From the human T2T-CHM13v2.0 reference genome, Homo sapiens: a DNA stretch of 64,000 nucleotides. The stretch lies in NCBI RefSeq assembly GCF_009914755.1, contig NC_060939.1. The stretch is one strand, 5' to 3'. The position numbers and the translations under genes were made by a program. Within the stretch, counting starts at the first letter, position 1. Every line of letters begins with the position of its first letter. The notes under the pieces were generated by a model. The model did not search any database, was not told the DNA's origin, and saw only the letters and a program-made list of their open reading frames with translations. This document shows, piece by piece, positions 54,500-64,000 of the stretch.

Positions 54500-54960
54500 G
54501 GACAGTGTGTACGAGCTGTTACTATAGAGCTAGATTAAGGAATTCAAATCATGGACTTGCCATGGACTGCGTGGCCTTGATCAAGTTACTAACCTTTCTG
54601 TGCATCAGTTTCCTTGTCTCAAAAGTGGAGATGGTAATGGTACCTCCTTCGCAGTACAGTTATGAGGATTCGGCACTCAGTAAATGACTAGCTGGTAGCA
54701 GCAGCAGCAGTGTAATTGGCTTACAGCACTAACTCTAGAAACTGACATGGATTCAAATCCTGGCCCCACCACTCCAGAGTGGCACAAACATAAGTAAGGA
54801 AATAATCTCCTTGAGCCTTTATTTCTTCATCTGTGAAACAGAAATAATAATGACACTTATCTAGCTAGAGTTCTTTAAGAGTGAAATGAGATAATGCATA
54901 CGAACATGCTGCGTGCCCAGCACACAGTAAGGTTCCATAACTGTCAGCTGCTGCTAATGT
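54500..54960 (+). mobile_element. Two adjacent MIR copies
   Basis: CCTTGATCAAGTTACTAACCTTTCTGTGCATCAGTTTCCT (~54575) and GGATTCAAATCCTGGC...TTTCTTCATCTGTGAAAC...GAAATGAGATAATGCAT (~54750-54900). Confidence 0.75.
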
Positions 54961-56498
54961 TGTTACTATTGTCTCCGCATTTGATGATCTTATGTTAATC
55001 CTCATTGGCTCAGAAATCACAGAGGAAGCCCCCGGACCCTCTTGTTCCATTGCTGAGCACATGGTAAGAAGTCAACGCATGTCTTCTGTATTGAAACCGA
55101 AAATGGAATTGAATGCCTTTGTCTCATCAACATCAACATCAACATCAACATCAGAATTTATGGTTCATTTTGACATGAGTTAGTAAAAGTAATTCTATGA
55201 AAATCAAGGTGCAATTGTTCTGGTGGTGGAAAAGATGTAAAAGCTGGTTTCTTAGGAGTAAACCAAATTTCCCCTTTGGGTTGAATAAGTGATTGGTCTA
55301 CTCATATTTATTGAGAGCTCAGTGATTTTATTGTTTGTGTGGCTGGGCTTGGATATACAGAACACTAAAACTATCAGGAGTGGAAGGAAGGGGCAGTTCT
55401 GGGAACTGTCATTTCATTGGCTACCAGGAAAATGGCTATGGTGGCGTTTCTAAGGCCACTCGGCAGACAGTGGACAATTGCCAGTGGGCCTGTTGGGGGC
55501 CATCTGTAAAGGGGCTTCAACTACAAAATGAAAAGGTTAAGAGACAGTGAAGAACCCTGGCCAGAAGCCTAGAACCAGCAGCAGAGACCACCCTTTGGTG
55601 AAGAAAAAGAGGCTGATTCTACCCCTATCCTTCTTTCCCTGCCTAAGCTCCTCCAAGAGGGGACTGGTGAGAGAGCAATGCTGAAATCCTCAATTGGAGG
55701 CTTTAGTTAAATGACGTTGTGGCTGTATTGAACTATCAGGTGTCAGAACCTATCATTTATACAGAAAAGGAGTAAAAATAGGATGACTCACTAAAGCTTT
55801 CCAAAATGCTGATTCATTCATTCAAAAGCATGTGTAGCACCTATTGTGAACCATAAATGGTTTCAACACCAGGAGGAAGTAAAGTGTCTATTCATCATTT
55901 TTATGATCGTGCCAGTTCCAGATGCCATAGAAACTCATGTTCCCTACAGTGCAAGACTTATAGTACATATTCAATTAACTCTAGTTCAATTAAAATACGC
56001 GGGGAATATGCTTCTGGTATCAGATTAGAAGTATTTAGTCTGCAAACATCATGTTTACCATGGAAGATATGATACCCTGTTGTGTGCCTCCTTCTATATG
56101 AGTATGTCCTGTTTGTACAAGGAGACTGCCAGGAATGCCTCTAAGAGAGGGACCATGTAGTAACCAGCATGTGCCCTGCTAGTACCTGTCACAGGGTCTG
56201 TATTTGCTAATGAAAGTGGTCATCAACAACCTCCATATAGCGGCAATTGTTTATTGTGCCCCAGTCATTTTTCCTGTAAACCATGCCCAGCTTATGTGGG
56301 CAAGGTGTCCTGCGAACACAGCATAGGGAGCCTGCTTTCTGCTGAGAATTTCCAGGAAGGCATCTCAAAGAACAGACATTAAATTCAGTCAGTCCTTGAG
56401 ATATGAGTAGGACTTTGGTGGTGCTGACTGTAGTGAATAGGGGGAAGAATATTTCAAGCAGAATGAACAAATAGCATATAGACTATATAGGACATTCA

Positions 56499-56780
56499 GG
56501 CCAGTAGCTGTGGCTCACACCTGTAATCCCAGCACTCTGGTAGGCTGAGGCAGGTGGATCACCTGAGGTCAGTAGTTTGAGATCAGTCCGGCCAACATGG
56601 TGAAACCCCGTCTCTACTAAAAATACAAAAATTAGCTGGGCGTGGTGGCACGTGCCTATAATTCCATCTACTCGAGAGGCTGAAGGAAGAAAGTCACTTG
56701 AACCCAGGAGGTGGAGTTTGCAGTGAGCCAAGATCGCGCCATTGCACTCCACCTGGGGCAACACTGCAAGACTCCATCTC
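56499..56780 (+). mobile_element. AluSx-like
   Basis: Full dimer; TSD approximately ATAGGACATTCA / AGAGAACATTCA spanning the microsatellite tail. Confidence 0.93.
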
Positions 56781-56783
56781 CAA

Positions 56784-56833
<50 letters not shown>

Positions 56834-56912
56834 ATATATATGTATATATACACACACATATATACACATAAATGTATATATACACACATATATATGTATA
56901 TATATAGAGAGA
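56781..56912. repeat. Compound (TA)/(TG)/(CA) microsatellite occupying the Alu tail
   Basis: Lies between the Alu 3' end and the right TSD copy. Confidence 0.9.
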
Positions 56913-56963
56913 GAACATTCAAATTAGGATGGGTGGAAGGAAATCCAAATCAGAGAATATTTT

Positions 56964-57495
56964 CAAAAGAATTGAAAACAGGCACCCAAACATATCTGTA
57001 GATCCATGTTCATAGCAGCATTATTCAAAATTTTCAAAATGTAGATGCAACTCAAGTGTACATAGACAGATGAATGCATAAATAAGGTACTCTATAGATA
57101 AATAACGAACTATCATTCAGCCTTAGAAAACAAGAGAATTCTGACACATGTTACAACATGCATGAACCTTGAGGACATTATGCTAAGTGAAATAAGCTGG
57201 TCACACACACAAAAAAAACCCTAAATACTGCATGATTCCACTTACATGAGGTAACTAGAGTAGTATATTCATAGAGACAGAAAGTAGAATGATGGTTGCC
57301 AGGGGTTGAGGGGAGGGGGGAATTGAGAGGGATGGTTTAATGGACACAGTGTCAGTTTTACTAGATGAAAGATCTGGAGATGGATGGTAGTCATGGTTGC
57401 ACAACATGTGAATGTACTTAATGCCACTGAGCTGTACCTTGAAAAATGGTTAAGATAAATTTTACCTTATGCGTACTTTACCACAATGAAAAAAA
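56964..57495 (+). mobile_element. L1MB-type 3' end
   Basis: CATGTTCATAGCAGCATTATTCA, GAACCTTGAGGACATTATGCTAAGTGAAATAAGC, GAGACAGAAAGTAGAATGATGGTTGCCAGGGG, ends TTTACCACAATGAAAAAAA. Confidence 0.9.
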
Positions 57496-59217
57496 GTCTT
57501 TAAAAGGAAAAACCAACAACCATTACAACTGTGCCCTGAGAGAAAAATTCAGCTTCTAAATACTTAGATACTTGTACCCTCAAAAATACTATGCATTTAC
57601 ATTTTATGCAAATTTCTAATGTGCAAATTTGAGATAGACACAATTAAAATATTCATAAATATCACATTATACCAAAAAATGGAAACACGAATCTTTTCCT
57701 AAACTTTTTTACTTGACCAAGAAGCATATAATTGTAGGGCTCTAAAGCCAAATGAATTGTAAACTGTGTTTAAGAAAAGATACATGGCAGCTTTAAATGA
57801 ACAGCACAAATTTATGTCATCCTTGCCAGTGACTCCTGAACTGTACAGCACAAGATTTTAGTGAATATTGAGTTATGATGTTTAAATACACTCCAATAAA
57901 CTTAAATTTTTCCCTATGCTATTGTTCTTGAAATTCAAGCTCTTCTACGTCAGTACCATCACGAATACTGAAAAAACACCACGGAAAAGAAAGAACTTTG
58001 AAACACGTTAGACATGCCAGAATCTTAAAGAGCAAGTCAATCATTGATTAATAATCTACCTATCTCCTTAGGCTAAAAGGCATATTTAAATTGTTCTTAA
58101 ATGCCCTATCTTCTTCCATTTGTGTCTTCTGAGGATGCATCCTCACAACTCAAAATTATGCACGTCTACACAAATGCATTTTGCACATGAAATGCAAATG
58201 CTTTGTGTAATGGAAGTCCAATTTTCCTTTGGAAATGCTGGACTGTCAGAAAATGTCTAGTGTCCGCTGGCCTGCAGCCCTCCTTTGCCATCCCATGACT
58301 GCAATAATCCCATTGCCACACTCTGCTTCTGCAGAATCTGCTTCCGGGCACTGAGCCCCATTTGCTCAAAGCTGTCCATGCATGTGAGAAGCAGACCTGA
58401 AGGCAGCCACAGGACAGCGCGTGCACTTGCCTGTCTCCCCAGCACCTGAGTCTCAGAGGCCTTTCTTTAATGGGGAGAGGCTGCCTCTCAAACGGTGGGA
58501 AATGATCTCAACTCCTGCACAGATTTTCACCTAAAGCCAGTCCTGAAAAATTGTCATAGCATGGGACCTCTGATCATCTGAAGCTCCAAAAAGTATCAAA
58601 ATAGTTCAATAATTTTCCCACTAAAGAATGGAATAACTTGAACTCATAAGCATATATGGTCCTAACTGAAGATATGAGTATGAGAGGAGAGAGATATATA
58701 TATATACCTCTCAGGACACACATGTCTATCAAATAATAAGAAAACTGTAAGCTGGAAAAATATCACCAAACATATTGGAGCCCCATAAAACATTAAGCCT
58801 CTTATCGAATACACATTTTTGTTCTATGCACCTTCCAACAGGGACAGGCAGTCTGTCTTTATACCTAGGCCAAAGTTCATCTGTGAAAATGCAGCTGTAA
58901 CAGAGGGAAGTTCCCTACCACCCTTTTAAAACCTAAAAAAAGGCCAAATGCGATGTGAGGTAGGAAACATCTAGTGGCGTTGTCACTTTTGTCATCACCT
59001 CCAAGTCCAGCTCACAGCCCCCCGTGGCAGTATTAAAGAGCCCCCTTATCCTGAATGTACAGGAATTTAGTTTTCTGAAAGGTTGCTTCACATTTCAGCC
59101 CAAGTCTCTAGGGTAATAGGTACATGGGCAGCTGCAGGGAACCATCCAGGTGTGACACCCTCGCATCCCTGAGAAAAGACTCTCAATCAGTGCTCAAAGG
59201 CTTATCCCTTTTTCCCA

Positions 59218-59228
59218 ACACTCACACA

Positions 59229-59268
<40 letters not shown>

Positions 59269-59448
59269 GAGACAGAGACATACACACTCACACACACACA
59301 GAGACACACAGACACACACACAGACACACACAGAGACACGCACACACAGAGACACACACAGAGACACACACACACAGAGATACAGAGACACACACAGAGA
59401 CACACACACACTCTCACACACACTCACACACACACACACACACACAGA
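59218..59448. repeat. Compound (CA)n / CAGA-interrupted repeat
   Basis: Direct reading. Confidence 0.95.
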
Positions 59449-59976
59449 GGTAACCTTCCCAGCTAGGATAGGATGGCAAGAATTAAATGGAGTAAAATCA
59501 GAATGTTAAAAAAGCCCTTCTGCAATGAAGATATATCCGAAAATCAGTCCAAAGAATCTGCCGAGATTTCTGCTCCCTGCGGAGGTTGTGGTGGGGGCTG
59601 AACAGTGGAGTATCTGGATCTCCCCTCATCGTGACTGTAATTGATAGAAAGAAAGAAAAAAAAATGCATTGTGTTTCTAACTCAGTTCTTCTAAGATTTT
59701 ATTTTTGATGCCGGGTCTCCTTTTCTATTTTTCAATCACACGACATGGTACTTATTAATGAGCTCTCAAATTACATAAAGAGAGATCTAGAGCACAGGAA
59801 CACGACTATGCCCCGTGGCATTGTGGCTTTGAGTGCAGAACGGCATTTGTGTGCAATTGAGGACCAGCCGCAGCTATGGAAACCAGAGCCAGACAAGGAG
59901 GAAGATGGCGCCCACAACAAGAGGTGGGAGCTGCAGAAAGGAAAACCCCCCAGAAAGGAAGACACATGGCATCGCT

Positions 59977-59978
<2 letters not shown>

Positions 59979-60020
<42 letters not shown>
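59979..60020. repeat. (AC)21 microsatellite
   Basis: Direct reading. Confidence 0.95.
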
Positions 60021-60023
<3 letters not shown>

Positions 60024-61134
60024 CCCAGGTACTGGTACCCTAAATGATGCAACTCTCATATCCCAATCATCTTTTGTTATATGTTGGGTTTTAAAATTGA
60101 AGTATCCCACATGAACAATATATATATATATTTTTATAGTACTACCTTAACAAATAAAACCAAGTATTTCTGCAAGATATAAAAGTGCGGATTCTTCAGT
60201 CCATTAAGATCATCCTCTGTATGTTCCGCCTCCAGTCCAGATGGGACCAATTAAGAGTAAGACCCTCCCAGTCCTAACAGATGTTAACCAAATAAGCCAA
60301 ATCTGAAGCTTTAATGAATGAAGTCAGTCACATTTAGTATACCCAAGAGAAGCAAAAATAAATATAATGTATACAGTAGGCCACCTGGGTTAACTTTAGA
60401 TGACTAGGGTTTTGACCCATGACTGTGATTACTTTCAACTTTCCCCACGTATTTGTAATTAGCATATCAAAGGCCGCGATGGTGTTTAACACAACCCGAA
60501 CCTTGGAATTCTTTACCTCGACTTATCTTTCCTTAATATTGTTTGAAGAGGCAATTTCCACCTCTAAAATACTTTTCATTGCTTCTATTGAAGCGGGAAG
60601 CATGGCTTTGTAACATTCTAAATCAATAATGATTAGTAACTCAGTGTGCAGCTTGCTCTGTGTCAATAAAATATGTCGCTTTCCAGCTCTCTCTGATAGC
60701 TGTGACAGGCTTGGCTGGCAACACTTTTGCAACTTGTGCCTCACTGAATTCCACGTAGGATGGCGTCCAGACTAGAGACGCACCTCAGGCAGGCCGACCA
60801 TCTCCCAGGGCCCGGTCCGAGCCCTAATGTTTTCCTGAACAACAGGTGGCGGTAAAGAGACATTCCGCAGAAGCTCACTAAAGAGGTTTTCTGTTTCAGG
60901 CTGGGACGTACACAGGCTGCTTAAGAGAAAGGATTGGGTAGTAAAAAACAAAACCTGATTCAAGTGTCTGTGCACACAGTGTTCTGTTCCTACATATGTC
61001 ACACCTAGCTCAGAGATTCTCCGCCCACCACCCCCTTATTTAAAGAACTCACCTTGTGATATAAATACTTTCCTTATTGCGGAGATCTCAGCTTTCGTAA
61101 TGAACAGACCTCTAACCACTGACTCCCCTCACCC

Positions 61135-61138
<4 letters not shown>

Positions 61139-61175
<37 letters not shown>
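61139..61175. repeat. (CA)18 microsatellite
   Basis: Direct reading. Confidence 0.95.
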
Positions 61176-61179
<4 letters not shown>

Positions 61180-63226
61180 ACACATCTAAAAGAGCTTGAG
61201 CTTTCAAAAGCACAGATTCCAAAGCAGCAAAGCCAAGGGGTGCTTTGTGAGAAAGCTGCCATATTATGGGAACATTTGGTTTCTGAACTGCCTTAAAACA
61301 GTGACCTTTTTTCTATTGCCAAATAAACATTCTGCAAGCTGCACTGGTGTAGAACAAAAGTATCATCCAATAGTTGATCATGCTGATCAAAGAGTTGTCT
61401 TTCAGGCCCTTTTGTCATTTTGACCAGAAAAGGGATTTGTTTGAATTCGGAGCAGAAACCGGCCCACTTTGCCTTAAATGTACATGAACAAACAAATCTT
61501 GCAGGAGCACACAGCACACAGCTCTCCTCTGAAAAGACAGAGAGAGAGAAATTGAGAGACTGATTTAATAAAACATTAAGTCTCAGGGAATCTACATGAC
61601 TAATTTCGTATTAAAAAATACCGAAGATGTCTGTCGCAGTGGGAGCTGTCCCCAACAATTAGTAATTGCAAACATTAGTCACAGAGGCATGGAAAATACA
61701 ATCTGTAGCTCATCTAGTACATTTTGCCCAAAAATACAATCTATGGAGCTGGGTATTACCCATTTTGTTGCAGCGTGCCGTCCAAAGACGCAGTCCAATT
61801 CACAAGGCAAATCTGCCAGGTTTTACTGATTCATTCCATTGGCTGGGCAACTCTCTGGAAGCAGCCACCACCACACCAAGCAGGAACGCATGGCCAGCCC
61901 TCTTTTTCCTGTACTCCCTGCATTTAGCCTGTAAGCTCATGGATATGCTGCGCTTAGGATACCATGGATTCCAACAAAAGAAAAGGAAACCTTTAAAGGG
62001 CAATACTGGACCTGTGAGTTATTTAATAACTCAGCCCCCACCCCTGCTCTTTTGTTTCTTGGTTCCCAGAAACTAGAGGGAAATATTTTTCATTGATCAA
62101 TGTGTAATCTCCCAAGAGATTCTCACAGAGAATAAACATCTCGAAGTGTTCCCAACATCCATCATGACCTAGTCCTTCAATTCTTCCAAAAGTGGCTACT
62201 TTGAAGGTCCAGACCTAAATAGCCACCTGTGTACAGCGAGTCATGTGCCACGCAAGAAGTCTAGGACTCAAATTCCTCCCTCTACCTTTTCCCAACAAAT
62301 CAAATAATGACCAGTGAGTCTTGCCTCACCCTTCTAAATATATCACCTGGCTAAGTGATATCTCTAGGTGTAGGATTTATTTTAAATGCAGGAGAGGGAG
62401 GGTGGTTTTGTCCCCCCCACCCTCTCTACCCTGCACCTAAGTTAAATCCTACATCTGTGTCTGTGTATTTTCATAATCCCCTGTGCCCAATTCTATCATG
62501 GCAAAGTCAAATGTCATAAAATTGTCTCACTGCATGCTTGTTTTCTCTAGGAGACTATGAGTTCCTTGAAGAATATAACTATCTTTGCTCGCTCTCTTCT
62601 CAATATATGCCTGACCCAGTATTTGGCAGATGGATGGAGGGATGCATGTGTGGGTGGAGGATCAGTGAGGAGCATTCCTGAGAGGAGATCCCTACCTTCC
62701 CCTTGCCTGCAGGCTCACTGTGGACACACAAGTTCAAATCACCTCAATCAGGAGGAAATTCTTGGCCTCATTACTTAAGATGGTTCTTAAGAACAAACTA
62801 TTTTTAAAGAAAAATCAATTTACGTTCAAAGACAATAAGTCCCTAAACACTAACTTTGGGAGGAAACCGCAAAGAAACAGCTCTAAGTAGTGAAAGGCTT
62901 GTCTTAGAGGCTAGACCGTGTTTAAATTCCAAATCAAACAGGCTGCTGTCCCGACCCCATTTCCATTTCTTTATGCAGCCACAATGTAGCTCTGCTATAG
63001 CCTAAAAGGCCTGGTTTCAATTCTTCCAGGTGGAACATGCCTGCCTCAATAATTAAAGGCACTTGATCTACCAAGATTAAAGCCTCTTTTGAACCTGGAA
63101 AAATGTAAGTCCCAAGAAAAGGCGGTAAACTTTCACCAGCAGAAATCCTCTACATCTCATCATACTCTCCTCAGCACATGAAATACCAGCTATCGGTTCA
63201 GGTTGCTGACTTACACAGGATCCAGG

Positions 63227-63412
63227 GAGAGTTACCACATAAAACACAGGCTACACAGTTACATTTATTTCAGATAAACAATAACTAATTTTTGTATTTG
63301 TATGCCCATGAAATATCTGGGACGTATTTATTCTAAAAATTGTCCATTATTTATCTAAAATCCAAATTTCACTGAATCTCCTATATTTTATTTACTGTCT
63401 CTGGCAACCATA
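63227..63412. mobile_element. MER53 palindromic hAT-like element
   Basis: TTTCAGATAAACAA...TATGCCCATGAAATATCTGGGACGTA...TTATTTATCTAAAA...CTGGCAACCATA. Confidence 0.8.
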
Positions 63413-64000
63413 ATTCCAGGGTGCAGGGCCAAGTGTCTCATCTGAGATTCTTGTGAAAGTAGATAGTTCACTGCGAGTTAAAATAAAAGTTCTATCCCTT
63501 GGCTGGATGCTGCCATGTGGAAAATACTTGTTCTTAGTGCTCAGTCCAAGCTGGTCATCCCTGATGGAGCTACAGCTCTTCATGCCCTCCTAGCCTCATT
63601 TCAAAGCCAGCTTGAGCTCATAAAATCAGAACATGTTGCCGATGTATTCTCCCAGAATTCTCTCAAATCCGTCAACCGGATAATTACTAAAAATGAAAAT
63701 CATAACTCCGATCCCGTGCACAGCAATGTGAATGGAGAACCCCCCAGGAGAATGAAGGCATTGTCCAGAGGAGCCTTTCCTTTTCTAGAATCATCTTGGG
63801 GCTTGTGACAGCAGTTCCAGCAGTCACACGTCAGTGTCTAGACATCTTTCATGCTTATTTCCTTCTCTTTGGCTCCAGGTGCAAATAGGCAGGGTGTGCA
63901 GGAGAGTAAGGTGAAAGATACACCTGGGCTGCAAAGTTTCCGGAGACGTGAAGTCTCAGAGCAGATCAAACATGCAGTCAGCACCTGAGAGAAAGTGTTG

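Noticed and set aside
59124-59453. His/Thr-rich and Cys/Val-rich ORFs (also near 18.6, 56.8, 60.0 and 61.1 kb)
   Set aside because: Translations of (CA)n/(TG)n microsatellites.

Overview
This is human non-coding DNA (intronic or intergenic); an AluYb8 insertion, a human-specific subfamily, fixes the species. I find no protein-coding gene, RNA gene or CRISPR array. The ORFs I could assign are remnants of L1 ORF2 or ERV-L pol, or read through Alus and microsatellites. A large share of the window is transposon-derived: Alu/FLAM, L1, HAL1, L2, MIR, MaLR (MLT1, MST, THE1), ERV-L with integrase and dUTPase remnants, LTR12/HERV9 and hAT-type MER elements. Subfamily names come from remembered consensus sequences, not a RepeatMasker run, and strands follow the consensus orientation. 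The most unusual signal is a mutational fossil record rather than a gene. A ~190-bp insert at 21262-21451 is stitched from at least five short copies of sequence within ~1 kb, four inverted and one direct, joined mostly at 5-bp microhomologies. There is also a 148-bp non-tandem copy (32798 and 38614) and five fold-back or inversion scars inside old repeats. These fit serial template switching during repair or replication. I cannot identify the locus, and I cannot show that this density exceeds background.
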